DNA of 64,000 nucleotides from an uncultured Eubacteriales bacterium (GCA_934447715.1 CAKSER010000002.1:18083-82082), one strand, 5' to 3'; numbered from the stretch's first letter, positions 1-10,158 are shown. Program-made: numbers and translations. The notes: generated from the sequence alone by a model not told the origin.

Positions 1-1073
1 AAATTGCCCTGGGATGCTGCCATACCGACTGCAACATCGTTGCCCATTACCTGAACGGCAACCATCGTAACAGCCTCGCACTGTGTCGGATTGACCTTTC
101 CCGGCATGATCGATGAACCCGGCTCGTTTTCCGGTATGAAAATCTCGCCGAGACCGTCTCTCGGACCGCTTGCAAGCCATCTGACGTCGTTTGCAATCTT
201 CATAAGGTCGCACGCAAGAGCCTTGAGCGCTCCGTGAGCGAAAACAAGCTCGTCTTTCGATGTAAGTGCATGGAATTTGTTCTCGGCAGTTACAAATGTC
301 TTTCCGGTAAGCGCCGAAACCGCCTCCGCAACCTTGACATCAAAGCCCTTGGGAGCGTTAAGACCTGTTCCTACGGCAGTTCCGCCGAGAGCAAGCTCCT
401 TAAGCTCGGGGAGTGCAGCCTCAAGAAGTCTTCTGTCCTTTTCAAGGCTCGATCTCCAGCCGCTGATCTCCTGGGAGAACTTGATAGGTGTTGCATCCTG
501 CAGATGTGTTCTTCCGCTCTTTACAACGTCGTCGTTTTCCTTTTCGAGACGCTTAAAGGTCGAAATCAGCATATCAAGCGCCGGGAAAACCTTGTTTTCG
601 ATTGCAATAACCGCAGAGATGTGCATTGCGGTCGGGAAGGTGTCGTTCGACGACTGGCTCATGTTGATATCGTCGTTCGGATGAAGCTTGACTGCAAGTC
701 CTTTTTCCTTTGCAATCTCGTTTCCTCTGTTGGCGATAACCTCGTTTGCATTCATGTTTGACTGAGTGCCGGATCCTGTCTGCCATACAACAAGGGGAAA
801 ATGCTCATTTAACGCACCGCTTATCACCTCGTCGCATGCCTTCAAGATAAGCTCGAGCTTTTCGTTTGTCATCTTCTCGGGCTTAAGCGAATTGTTTGCA
901 ATCGCCGCAGCCTTTTTAAGTATTCCGAAAGCATGTGTGATTTCTCTCGGCATTGTCTCGATTCCGACGCCGATTTTGAAATTCTCATGGCTTCTCTCGG
1001 TCTGCGCAGCCCAATATTTGTCTGCAGGAACCTTGACCTCACCCATAGAATCATGCTCTATACGGTATTCCAT
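1..1073 (-). CDS. fumC: Class II fumarate hydratase. The 3' end runs off the window start.
   Basis: This ORF is not in the ORF track because it has no stop in the window. My minus-strand translation from the ATG at 1073-1071 reads [28 protein letters not shown]..., and an SD-like aggtgg lies upstream. It contains [20 protein letters not shown] and the fumarase/aspartase signature [11 protein letters not shown] (rc of about 87-119). Confidence 0.88.
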   Translation of the reverse strand, partial: MEYRIEHDSMGEVKVPADKYWAAQTERSHENFKIGVGIETMPREITHAFGILKKAAAIANNSLKPEKMTNEKLELILKACDEVISGALNEHFPLVVWQTGSGTQSNMNANEVIANRGNEIAKEKGLAVKLHPNDDINMSQSSNDTFPTAMHISAVIAIENKVFPALDMLISTFKRLEKENDDVVKSGRTHLQDATPIKFSQEISGWRSSLEKDRRLLEAALPELKELALGGTAVGTGLNAPKGFDVKVAEAVSALTGKTFVTAENKFHALTSKDELVFAHGALKALACDLMKIANDVRWLASGPRDGLGEIFIPENEPGSSIMPGKVNPTQCEAVTMVAVQVMGNDVAVGMAASQGN

Positions 1074-1146
1074 CATAACCACCTAACCTTTCACGAGGCA
1101 GAGACGAAAAAACGCCCCTGCCTCAATAAATTTCATATTCCTTTAT

Positions 1147-2109
1147 TTATATGCTGAAACGTAAAATATCCAGCTGAGAGATAACATGGCGAAGCTCGTC
1201 GGCACTGGACTGCAGGCGCTTGATCTCATAATCGGTAAGCGGAGAGATAATCTTTCCGTTTGTACCGTGTCTTCCCACAACGTTCAGAGTGCTGAGGCAT
1301 ACCCCGTCGATTCCGTATTCTCCGTGAAGCATTGTCGAAACCGGAAGAATAGTATCGGTGTTCGAGAAAATGCACTTGCACATGTGACATACAGACATTG
1401 CAATCGCATAATATGTCGCGCCCTTGCAGCCGATGATCTTTCCGCCGGAATCGCGGACATACTTTTCTATTTCATCCTTGTCAAGCGGTGTACTGCATCT
1501 TCCCTGTGCAACAGCTCTTTCGTCGAATTTCTCGACCGGGATGTTCGAGACGTTTACCATCGACCACGGCACAAAGGATGAATCTCCGTGCTCGCCGAAT
1601 ACGCAGGCGTGTATGTTCTGCGCATTGACAGAATATCTCTGCGCAAGTGCTTCACGCAGTCTCGAGGTGTCGAGAATCGTTCCCGAGCCGATTATCTTAT
1701 CCTCCGGAATCGAGGATACCTTGTTGAAGACATATGTAAGAATGTCAACCGGGTTGCTGACGATAACGAATGTAGCTTCCGGAACATATCTTTCGAGATT
1801 CGGAATGATGTTCTTCATTATGTCGACGTTGACCTGAGCAAGCTCAAGACGCGACTGACCGGGCTTTCTTGCAATACCGGATGTGATAATGACAGTGTCA
1901 GATCCCTTGGCATCGCTGTAATCGCCTTCGTTTATAACGACCGGAGAAAAGAACGGAACGCCCTGACGGATATCCATCGCTTCTCCTTCGGCTTTCTTCT
2001 TGTTGATATCAATTATTACTATTTCGGATGCTACCGAGCAGATTGAAAGCGTATACGCAATTGTCGCTCCGACGCTTCCGGCACCTATAATTGTAATTTT
2101 TCTTCCCAT
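1147..2109 (-). CDS. ldh: L-lactate dehydrogenase
   Basis: 320 aa. It has the N-terminal Rossmann motif ITIIGAGSVGAT and the LDH motif GEHGDSSFVPWS. An AAGGAG SD lies 8 nt upstream of the ATG. Confidence 0.9.
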   Translation of the reverse strand: MGRKITIIGAGSVGATIAYTLSICSVASEIVIIDINKKKAEGEAMDIRQGVPFFSPVVINEGDYSDAKGSDTVIITSGIARKPGQSRLELAQVNVDIMKNIIPNLERYVPEATFVIVSNPVDILTYVFNKVSSIPEDKIIGSGTILDTSRLREALAQRYSVNAQNIHACVFGEHGDSSFVPWSMVNVSNIPVEKFDERAVAQGRCSTPLDKDEIEKYVRDSGGKIIGCKGATYYAIAMSVCHMCKCIFSNTDTILPVSTMLHGEYGIDGVCLSTLNVVGRHGTNGKIISPLTDYEIKRLQSSADELRHVISQLDILRFSI

Positions 2110-2372
2110 TATAAAGGCTCCTTATTGGCAAAAACAAATTTTTATCAATTTATCACAGTATATCAAACATCGGCGCGATTTGCAAATACAAAATCAGAAT
2201 ATCGATATTCTTTTATCGATAAAAAAACATCAACACAATTCGATTTTTTTATGCATTTTTGTCAAAGACATCGGCTCGAAAACGTCAGATATCCCGATTT
2301 TTCGGTAAAAAAGTTTCTCAAAACAGGCGATACATCACTTTTGGTTATTGCCGCAATTCAATTTAGTTATGA

Positions 2373-2410
2373 TCAAAAAATACCGGAAACGGCAATCACC
2401 GTCCCGGTAT
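2373..2410 (-). terminator. Intrinsic terminator after the YhaN-like gene
   Basis: Stem ataccgg (2380-2386) pairs with ccggtat (2404-2410). On the minus strand it is followed by a T-run (plus-strand A-run at 2375-2380). Confidence 0.6.
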
Positions 2411-2450
2411 TTAAAATCATGTTAAATGGGTTAAATTAGCCAGCTGCAGG

Positions 2451-4511
2451 TCAGATGTTGAAAGCCTTGACCCCAAAGCCGTACATGTCCTCCGGCCTTA
2501 CCTTGGTCGCTGTTATAATCACCTGCGTTCCGCCAAACGACATGTCGCCGAGATACCGCGTCACCGTCTCAAATCTTGCGTCGTCAAGCCGTGTAAGACA
2601 GTCGTCGAGAATTATCGGCGGCTTTGATTTTGCAGGCATAAGCGCAGCTGCGGCAAGCCTTATGCAGAGGTAGACAATGTCGAGCATCGCTCCGCTGATC
2701 ATCGAAACATCGATCTGACGGCCGGATGAAAAAATAACTATCCGCCTGTCGCGCGCAAGCCCGATTCCGGTATATCTGCCGCCGGTAAACCTTGCAATAT
2801 AGTCGCTTGAAACAGAAAGAAGCTCCGGCAGCCTGCTGTCGTCAAGACCGAGCTCCTCCGAACGCATTTCGGATATCGCAAGATCATATGCAGACCGAAG
2901 CTGCCTTACCTGCTTCAGCTCCTCCTTTATTGTATAAAGCCGCTCGGATGCCTCAGCCGGAGACCTTGATTTCAAGCTTTCTCCCTCGGCAAGCCTGCCT
3001 TCAAGCTCCTCTTTTTTAAGCCTTAGCACATCGTTTGACTTTGTAATAAACTCATATTCCCTTGCGGCTCTCTGCACATCAAAATCACGCGGAAGCGGAA
3101 TGTCCGCCCTGCTTTCCGGCACCGCACTTCTTAACTCCGCAAGCTGCCTTTCGCTTTCGTCAAGCTCGGCTTTAAGAGCGCTTGCCCTTGAAACAAGCTT
3201 GTCATATTCAAAAAGAATACCGGATATTTCGTCAATTACCGTATCCGGACTGTCGCCCCACCTTGAATACTGCTCGCACAGCTTCATGCTGCAGGAGGCA
3301 CGGAGATTTTCCTTTTCGTTTCTTTTTGCGATAAGCCCCACAAGCTCATTTTGGCGCTCGATTTCAGCCTGAAGATCCCTTCCTTCGCTTTTTTGAACAA
3401 GCTCCTTTTTTGCATTATGGTACAGCTTGAAGCAAAGCCCGGCAAAAGCCATGATGAGGCCCGTCCCGACAGCCGAAACCGCCGCATAGACAGCATTTGC
3501 CGACATAAAGAAAATCGTTACTATGGCCGCCGGAATCGCAAGAGCGCAGAGAAGCATTCCGATTATAAAAAGATACCCGAGCCGATGCCTTCTTTTGGCA
3601 CCACCTCTTCTGCTGTTCGGGTCGAGAGCCTGTATTCTGAAATCAAGCTCACTCACTTCCCTGTCGCATTCGTCAATATTTTTTGAAAGCTCCTTGAGAT
3701 TTTCAAGATATGCCCTGTCGGGGAAAAACCCGTTTTTCTGCTTTTGCTCGCGGAACTCGGCACAGGTGCCTACGCTTTCTTCATAATCCCTTAAAAGCTC
3801 CCCGACCTGCTCGCCGAGCTTTCTTTCAAGCTTTACTGCATATGCCTCGGTCTGCTTTGAAAGGGTGTCAAGCTTTTTTTCGTTTTCCTTTATCCTGCTC
3901 TCGGTATCCTTAAGCCTTCCGTCAAGTTCCAAAAGCCCCGATGTATAAACAGACAGCCTTGAAAGCTCCTCCTCGGTGCTGCTTTTTTCGCCTTCAAGCG
4001 GATACAGCTTCTCGTTTTCAAGACGCAGCTTCTGATCCTCAAGCGTTCTTATTATCTGCCTTATTTCGCTTTTTTCGTCCTGCGATGCAATAAGAGCGCC
4101 TGCAGCATCCCTGATTGCCTCCGAGCTTAGCTCTCTTCCGCTCTGCTGATCAAGATAGCAGGCAGCTTTAAATTCTTCCTTTGAAATTCCGAGAAGAGCC
4201 TTTCCCGGCTCGATTCCGGAAAAGCACTTTTTGCCGTTTACGACATTTACAATCGAGCATCTGTCCTTTTCGTCGTCAAGCACACGCTCGATCCGGTATT
4301 TGTCCTCGCCGCACCTGACCGTCATGCTACCTGCCGCTCCGCCGTTTTCATAAACCGAGCCGCTTTTCCCGTACAGCATGAAATATATAAACGAAAGCAC
4401 GGTGCTCTTGCCCGACTCGTTGTCGCCCATTATAAGAGAGTAGCTGTCAAGCTCGAGAGAAAAGCCGCTGAATTTACCGTATTTTACAATATTGATTCTT
4501 TCAATACGCAT
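2451..4511 (-). CDS. YhaN-like AAA/SMC-type ATPase with a central membrane hairpin
   Basis: 686 aa. The N-terminus MRIERINIVKYGKF plus Walker A GDNESGKST matches the SbcC/YhaN style. Long charged regions have coiled-coil character. Two hydrophobic segments span residues 311-363 (LGYLFIIGMLLCALAIPAAIVTIFF...VGTGLIMAFAGLCF). The C-terminal Walker B/D-loop reads PPIILDDCLTRLDD. A GGGAGGGGG SD precedes the start. Confidence 0.7.
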   Translation of the reverse strand: MRIERINIVKYGKFSGFSLELDSYSLIMGDNESGKSTVLSFIYFMLYGKSGSVYENGGAAGSMTVRCGEDKYRIERVLDDEKDRCSIVNVVNGKKCFSGIEPGKALLGISKEEFKAACYLDQQSGRELSSEAIRDAAGALIASQDEKSEIRQIIRTLEDQKLRLENEKLYPLEGEKSSTEEELSRLSVYTSGLLELDGRLKDTESRIKENEKKLDTLSKQTEAYAVKLERKLGEQVGELLRDYEESVGTCAEFREQKQKNGFFPDRAYLENLKELSKNIDECDREVSELDFRIQALDPNSRRGGAKRRHRLGYLFIIGMLLCALAIPAAIVTIFFMSANAVYAAVSAVGTGLIMAFAGLCFKLYHNAKKELVQKSEGRDLQAEIERQNELVGLIAKRNEKENLRASCSMKLCEQYSRWGDSPDTVIDEISGILFEYDKLVSRASALKAELDESERQLAELRSAVPESRADIPLPRDFDVQRAAREYEFITKSNDVLRLKKEELEGRLAEGESLKSRSPAEASERLYTIKEELKQVRQLRSAYDLAISEMRSEELGLDDSRLPELLSVSSDYIARFTGGRYTGIGLARDRRIVIFSSGRQIDVSMISGAMLDIVYLCIRLAAAALMPAKSKPPIILDDCLTRLDDARFETVTRYLGDMSFGGTQVIITATKVRPEDMYGFGVKAFNI

Positions 4512-4575
4512 AAGATGCAGCCCCCTCCCGAATTTTATTTTTTAGTTGTGTTGTAAACCGCCGAGCCGAACGCCC

Positions 4576-5862
4576 TTACAGCACTCTGATTGCACCCAGC
4601 GGTCTTACAAAAAGCAGCTTGCAAGCGCCGTCTCCGAACACCGAGTCGATTGCCTTTACATAGTCACCTACGTTTTCTGTCGGAACAAATGCCTGAATCG
4701 TTCCGGCAAAGCCGCCGCCGTGAACTCTCCACGCCGACCTTCTTTCGGTGTGCGAAAGAACCTGCTCGGAGATCGCAAGCGCAAGAGAAAGCCCCTGCTC
4801 TGCCGGATTCTTTGTTGTATATACGTTCTGTAAATACATAAACGACGATCTTCCCGACTCCTTTACAAGCTCAAGGAAGAGATCGAAATTATCCTCCTTT
4901 AAGGCAGCCGCCTGCTTTTCGACTCTGCCGTTTTCGTTGATAAAATGAATTGCTCTTAAAAGCGCCCTGTCGCCGAGCTTTTCTCTTATTTCGGATGCCC
5001 TTGAAAGAAGCTCGTCAAAGGTAAGCCCTCTCAGCACCTCTTTATTAAACAGCTTTGCAACAGATTTCATCTCTGTCGGAAGCGCGGCATATTCTGCATT
5101 GAGATCGGCATGATTTCCACCGGTGTCGGTAATGCAGAGCGTATAGCCCTTTCCTCTCAGATCGAAATCGACCTTTTCGATTTTTGCCGCATCCGGATCC
5201 TCAAAATCGATTTCGGCAAAGCCGCCTACCGCGCACGCGGTCTGGTCCATAAGTCCGCAGGGCTTTCCGAACCACTTGTTCTCAGCATACTGCGCGATCC
5301 TTGCAATCTCGGGGTTTTCAACACTTCCGCCGTTATAAAGATAATTAAGTATCGTTCCGATCATGACCTCAAAGGCGGCAGACGAAGAAAGTCCCGATCC
5401 CTTAAGCACCGATGAGGTCGTATATGCGTCAAAGCCGCCTGCTTTGTGACCGTTAAGAACCATTCCTCTGCACATTCCGGAAATCAGAGCCTCGGATGTA
5501 AAAAATCTGCTTTCGTCCGGCTCTTTACTGTCAGAGCGGCAGACATCCTCGTCAAAGCCCTCACTTTTTACTCTTACTAAGCTGTCGCCGTTTGCCGCCG
5601 CGACAGCGATTATATCAAGATCGATTGCCGCAGCAATAACCTTGCCGTGATTGTGGTCTGTGTGATTTCCCGACACCTCTGTTCTTCCGGGAACCGAAAG
5701 AATAAAGACATCCCTGTCCTTTCCGTAAAGGCTTTCAAACTCAGAAAGCGCATTTATATATCTTTTCCTCTGAAAATCAACATTTTCCCTGCCGTAAAGC
5801 AGAACAAGCTTTTCATCAAGCTCGCCGGATTTGATTTTTCCAACCATTTGTACCGTATTCAT
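4576..5862 (-). CDS. galK: Galactokinase
   Basis: 428 aa. It carries the galactokinase signature GRTEVSGNHTDHNHG and the GHMP kinase motif GSGLSSSAAFEV. A GGAGGG SD precedes the start. Confidence 0.9.
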   Translation of the reverse strand: MNTVQMVGKIKSGELDEKLVLLYGRENVDFQRKRYINALSEFESLYGKDRDVFILSVPGRTEVSGNHTDHNHGKVIAAAIDLDIIAVAAANGDSLVRVKSEGFDEDVCRSDSKEPDESRFFTSEALISGMCRGMVLNGHKAGGFDAYTTSSVLKGSGLSSSAAFEVMIGTILNYLYNGGSVENPEIARIAQYAENKWFGKPCGLMDQTACAVGGFAEIDFEDPDAAKIEKVDFDLRGKGYTLCITDTGGNHADLNAEYAALPTEMKSVAKLFNKEVLRGLTFDELLSRASEIREKLGDRALLRAIHFINENGRVEKQAAALKEDNFDLFLELVKESGRSSFMYLQNVYTTKNPAEQGLSLALAISEQVLSHTERRSAWRVHGGGFAGTIQAFVPTENVGDYVKAIDSVFGDGACKLLFVRPLGAIRVL

Positions 5863-6025
5863 CTCATTATCCCTCCGGACTCGTTTTTTCGTCTATCTTT
5901 ACCTGCTGTAATTTGTAGCATTTTTATAAAAATAGAAAATATTTCCTTATTCTGACATTATTTTCCTGCCGATGCTGATATAATCAACAATATAAATCGA
6001 TTAACATCGAAAGGGGATTATATTT

Positions 6026-6721
6026 ATGTCAGTTAATATAATATATCAATCCGCCCGACATTGCAAGAGAAACAGACAAAATATGCAAAGGAAAATGAAA
6101 AGAAAAAGGAAAACTGTCGGAATATTCCGTCTGATTGCTGTCTGCTCGGTCATATTCATGATCCCGATCGCAGCCCTCCCCAAAAGAACGATAAACGCAG
6201 CCGGGCTGTTTTCCCCTACTCCGAACTGCCCCACGGTAATTACACAGGCAGATGCCTTAAAAAGCAGTGCGCCGGTAAAAATCCCGAGCGATCTCGAATT
6301 CAGTATATACGATGTTCCGCTTTGCGCAGAGCAGCAGCACAAGGTCGTCGATATAGCAAAAAAATACAGCGTCGATCCTGTTCTGCTATTCGGGATCATG
6401 TATGCAGAGTCGGGATATAACCGGAATGCGCAGTCGAAGGGGGGCAGAGATATCGGAATCATGCAGATAAATAAAAACAATTTTCTCATGCTCCGTAAAG
6501 CGCTCGGGATAACAGATCTAAGAGACTTTGAGCAGAACGTCACCTGCGGCGCGTACCTGATCTCACTTTACATGAAAAGGTTTGACAGTACAGATGAAAT
6601 TCTGATGTGCTATCACTACGGCGAAGCAGGCGCCGGGCGCATGTGGAAGCAGGGGCTTGAAACCGACAGCTACTGCGAAAAGGTAAATGCGGAAATGAAA
6701 AGAATAGCCGCATCAAAATAG
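6026..6721 (+). CDS. Membrane-anchored lytic transglycosylase (SLT domain)
   Basis: 231 aa. The N-terminus is basic with a hydrophobic anchor (IFRLIAVCSVIFMIPIAAL). The SLT catalytic region reads MYAESGYNRNAQS...GIMQIN. An AAGGGGA SD lies 8 nt upstream of the ATG. Confidence 0.8.
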   Translation: MSVNIIYQSARHCKRNRQNMQRKMKRKRKTVGIFRLIAVCSVIFMIPIAALPKRTINAAGLFSPTPNCPTVITQADALKSSAPVKIPSDLEFSIYDVPLCAEQQHKVVDIAKKYSVDPVLLFGIMYAESGYNRNAQSKGGRDIGIMQINKNNFLMLRKALGITDLRDFEQNVTCGAYLISLYMKRFDSTDEILMCYHYGEAGAGRMWKQGLETDSYCEKVNAEMKRIAASK

Positions 6722-6857
6722 CCGGAATAGCCCAAAACAACTCGCAATAAAAACCCATATCCAAATCAAAAATAAATCAAAGCAAAAGCAAAAAACAGGA
6801 CACCGCCGATTCTAAAATACCGCTTGACACCCTCAACAGTGACAACTCACAATAAAA

Positions 6858-6910
6858 ACAAAAAGCCTCCGATATCGCAGCATAATATGCCGCGCAAAAG
6901 AGGCTTTTTT
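6858..6910. terminator. Bidirectional terminator between the convergent SLT gene and the cassette
   Basis: Stem gcctc (6865-6869) pairs with gaggc (6900-6904), with inner pairing. It is flanked by an A-run upstream (6861-6864) and TTTTTT (6905-6910). Confidence 0.6.
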
Positions 6911-6959
6911 CATTGATTTATGATTTTATGATTTTATGAGCTTTCAGAAGCTTTAAAGC

Positions 6960-8939
6960 TTAGAAGCCGAGGCCGATTATCTTCCATTCGCCGTCCGAGT
7001 ATGCATACCAAAGCTTCATATCCGTTACCGTATCGGTTACGTTCTGAACCGTCGAGGTGTATGTAGTGTAAATATACGCCGTAAAGTCCACCTTGCAGGA
7101 GAAGCAGTTTGCACCGAGCTTTCTGTAGTCATAGCTCTTTATCTCTCTTGACTTTATAAAGAATTCCTTGTTCTGACCGAAACTGAACTTGGTCGAAAGC
7201 AGCTTTTCATATGCGGGAGAATCCGAAAGGAGATACTCTGCCGCCGCATCAAAGGTCTGATCCACAACCTTATATCCGCCGGAGGTGTATCTTATGTACG
7301 CATCGACAAATTCCTCCACAAGAGCCGAATGTTCATCCTTCAGCGCACTGTCAACAGGAGGGAGGAAGTATATATCCGCTTTGTCGGATTCGGTTCCGCT
7401 TACCGGCAGGTACTCGTTTCCGTCGGAATCAAGCACAGTAAGCTCAGGCTCTCCGTAAAGGCCGGAAACTATGTAAAGCTTCGGCTTTACCATGTCGGCT
7501 ATGTATGCACCGAGCCTTTGCATGTCTGGATAAAAGTCATCCTTTCCGACAGAATTTAACATTCCCTCATCAGCCTCACTGCCTCCGATAAGAATCCTGC
7601 ATCCGTCGGGAATCGCAACAGTAACATCGTGAAGCATCGACTCAGAATAGCCGTAAACATATTCCCCGTCCTTTTCGCTTTTTGCAGAAAGCCTTTCGCC
7701 GTTTTCAAGAGCGACAACAACCTCCGGATAGGAAATCAGCCCACCAACCTCATATTTTACAAGATATGCCTTGTCATAGGGCAAAGCCTTGTCATATCTG
7801 ATTTCGGAATCGGTAATCTGCTCGCTTTTAAGCTGCACGCCGCCGACAGACACGATTGCGCCGGAAGGAGCGGTAATGCTTATAGTATGTTTGCTTCCGC
7901 TCGGGATAAGGCAGACGTAGTTTCCGTCCTCCTTTGTCGTCACGAGCATATCCTCGTTTTTGTCAAACGCCTTGATATCCGGATTTCTGTAAAAGCCGTC
8001 GAATTTATAGACAAGCAGCTGCGGAATATCTGCCGAATCCTTTTCGTATTCCGAAACATCCTCGTACTTTTCTTTTCCGACAGGCTCTTCTCCCTCTGCC
8101 TTTGTGCCGTTGATATATAAAACAGCACCCTCCGGAATCTTGACCGTAACCGACATGGGCTCAAGCTCGCTTACATCGGCAAGCAGCTCTGTGGATTTGA
8201 TATTCCACCTCTGAAGACCGAATGCCTCGACCTTACCCTTTTCAAGGGTCAGCTTCGCCACGGCTTTTTCTCCGCAGTAAATGATATATACCGGGTTCTG
8301 CGTTGTAAATTCCTTTGAGTATTTCTTAAAACTGAATTCGTCGTAAAACGACGGCTTCAGCATTTCGTTGTAAACCGAGTCAAACGATTCGTATTTGCTG
8401 AGCGAATTTTCCTTGCAGGTCTGCTTAATCAGCTCGCAAAGATAGCTGTCAAAGCCTGCAACAATCTGCTCCGCACTTCTTTCCGGCTGGGAATTTTCAT
8501 ATGCCTCAACATATTCCCACCAGATTCCGGATCCGATAAGAACAACCCCGATCATGATCAAAAAATATATAGCCAGCCCTTTAAAAAAGCGCGACTTTTT
8601 TGCTTTTCTTTCGGAATTGTCGGGATAACCCAAATCGCCCGAGCCGTTCGCCTTGTCTGTGTCCGCCTTGCCTTCGCCTGAATTGCAAGCGCCCGTTTTA
8701 CTTTCCGCTTTTGCAAAGTCCGCTCCATCATCTGCATCATCCGACGGTTTTGCGTCGATTGCCGGGCTTTTAACGCCGGCAGCAGCTGCGTCTTTAGTTA
8801 ACGCTTCCGAATCAATCTGCACCCCCGAATCCTTAAAAGAATCCGGCAGAGCAGACGGATTTTTTAAATCCGCATGATCCGCAGCGCCCACAGCACCCTC
8901 AGCCCCAAGAGCCTTATCCTTTGTAGTTGTGTTATCCAT
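6960..8939 (-). CDS. Large single-pass membrane protein of unknown function (cassette copy 1 partner; paralog of 10159-11895)
   Basis: 659 aa. It has a roughly 115 aa Ala/Asp/Lys-rich N-terminus, one TM segment (LAIYFLIMIGVVLIGSGIWW) and a roughly 520 aa extracytoplasmic region. That region is colinear with the other copy, for example HTISITAPSGAIVSVGG versus HTVKITAPSDAIVTVGN, and EEFVDAYIRYTSGG versus EKFVSAYINYTANGG. A GAGGG SD precedes the start. Confidence 0.75.
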   Translation of the reverse strand: MDNTTTKDKALGAEGAVGAADHADLKNPSALPDSFKDSGVQIDSEALTKDAAAAGVKSPAIDAKPSDDADDGADFAKAESKTGACNSGEGKADTDKANGSGDLGYPDNSERKAKKSRFFKGLAIYFLIMIGVVLIGSGIWWEYVEAYENSQPERSAEQIVAGFDSYLCELIKQTCKENSLSKYESFDSVYNEMLKPSFYDEFSFKKYSKEFTTQNPVYIIYCGEKAVAKLTLEKGKVEAFGLQRWNIKSTELLADVSELEPMSVTVKIPEGAVLYINGTKAEGEEPVGKEKYEDVSEYEKDSADIPQLLVYKFDGFYRNPDIKAFDKNEDMLVTTKEDGNYVCLIPSGSKHTISITAPSGAIVSVGGVQLKSEQITDSEIRYDKALPYDKAYLVKYEVGGLISYPEVVVALENGERLSAKSEKDGEYVYGYSESMLHDVTVAIPDGCRILIGGSEADEGMLNSVGKDDFYPDMQRLGAYIADMVKPKLYIVSGLYGEPELTVLDSDGNEYLPVSGTESDKADIYFLPPVDSALKDEHSALVEEFVDAYIRYTSGGYKVVDQTFDAAAEYLLSDSPAYEKLLSTKFSFGQNKEFFIKSREIKSYDYRKLGANCFSCKVDFTAYIYTTYTSTVQNVTDTVTDMKLWYAYSDGEWKIIGLGF

Positions 8940-8958
8940 TACAATCAGCCCTCAAAAG

Positions 8959-10026
8959 TCATTTTACGAGAATTGCGGTCGGAAGTATTCTTTCTCCGTA
9001 TGCATAGGCATTCGTCGTCAGCTCTCCGCCGTTGTAAACCATAAGAGACGAATAGCCCCCGTCAAGGTTTGTGGCATTTACCGCGCCGTAGGTCATAAAA
9101 ATCTCAATAAGATCGTCAAAGGTCGCGCCGAAGCTGCTTAGGCTTCTTCCTTCTATAACAAGCAAAAGAATCGAGCCGTCCGCCCTCTGGGCAATTGCGG
9201 TTCTCGGGTTTCTGCTTATTCCGAGAGCATAGTCGGAATTGACCGGCTCGCCGTTGATAACAAGCGCAGGACCGAAACTTACCGCGTCGACAATGCCTGC
9301 AGCAAGAGCTTCCTTTCCCGTCATCGAACCGACATACAGCACTCCGTCCTTGTCAAAACCGGTAATGCTGTATTTCGTATCTTCCTCTCCCCACATAATC
9401 TTGGAATCCTTAATGACAATGCCCATCGGGACACCGCCCTTGCCGACTCCGCCGGGATCCAGAAAGCCTCCGGCATTGACTCCGCCGATGGCATCATATT
9501 TTTCGATCATCTGTCTTAAGGAAAGACCGATTCGATCCTCTCCGTATGCATCCGGGACTCCGACAAAAACCCTTTTCGGGTCATTTACGATCATCAGCAT
9601 GCCCTTATATGTGTCGGTATGAATCTCAATAGTTTCAATCCCCTCGGTCGGGTCCTTTACCGGGCTTACGCCGGTCTTGTCTTCGTCATTTGAATCCTTG
9701 GTGTCGACCTTTATCATCGAGGGATTGGTGATCTCTCCGCTCTTGATCTCGCCGCTTGCCGCGTTTTCCTTGATTGCAAGAATCTCATCGACTTCCTCCT
9801 TTGAAAGGAAGATGTTCGAAAGAAAGCCTGCAAGGCTTGTTTCGTTTACCGAAAGCACAAACAGCTCTCTTGCCGTTTTCGACGGTCCCTTTGCGACTAT
9901 AAGCATTGCCATATACAGCGCAAAAACAATAATAATCAGATTGGCAAGCAAAACCGCCCCGATCCTTCCGATCACCGAAAGGGTTTTTTTAAAATAATTC
10001 CTTTTTTGTTCCATAGCCCTAAACAT
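8959..10026 (-). CDS. Membrane-anchored phosphodiester glycosidase family protein (DUF2233/NAGPA-like), copy 1
   Basis: 355 aa with an N-terminal TM anchor. Motifs typical of the phosphodiester glycosidase family are NAGGF, NPRTAIAQRADGSILLLVIEGR and NLDGGYSS. By eye it is about 55-60% identical to 11882-12952. Confidence 0.8.
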   Translation of the reverse strand: MFRAMEQKRNYFKKTLSVIGRIGAVLLANLIIIVFALYMAMLIVAKGPSKTARELFVLSVNETSLAGFLSNIFLSKEEVDEILAIKENAASGEIKSGEITNPSMIKVDTKDSNDEDKTGVSPVKDPTEGIETIEIHTDTYKGMLMIVNDPKRVFVGVPDAYGEDRIGLSLRQMIEKYDAIGGVNAGGFLDPGGVGKGGVPMGIVIKDSKIMWGEEDTKYSITGFDKDGVLYVGSMTGKEALAAGIVDAVSFGPALVINGEPVNSDYALGISRNPRTAIAQRADGSILLLVIEGRSLSSFGATFDDLIEIFMTYGAVNATNLDGGYSSLMVYNGGELTTNAYAYGERILPTAILVK

Positions 10027-10033
10027 TATTACC

Positions 10034-10062
10034 CACCGTCATAATTCAGACGGTGTTTTTTT
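10034..10062 (+). terminator. Plus-strand-oriented intrinsic terminator inside a minus-strand operon spacer
   Basis: caccgtc (10034-10040), an 8 nt loop, gacggtg (10049-10055), then 7 T (10056-10062). On the minus-strand mRNA the same hairpin overlaps the SD (GGTGGG) of the 8959-10026 gene. Confidence 0.55.
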
Positions 10063-10158
10063 ATATAAAAGTATCTTGACTTTCCGAAAAACCATCGGGA
10101 AATTCCGCTTTACAGCCTATAGGAACTGAGCCTATAGAAATCAGAAAGCTTATACGAG

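Noticed and set aside
2125-2439. 104 aa ORF between ldh and the YhaN-like gene
   Set aside because: It has a TTG start without an SD, lies in an AT-rich intergenic region and runs through the terminator at 2373-2410.
6905-6945. tgatttatgattttatgattttatgag short tandem repeat; considered as a CRISPR-like or minisatellite element
   Set aside because: It has only three copies of an 8 nt unit, with no spacers and no cas genes. It is probably just T-rich terminator flank.
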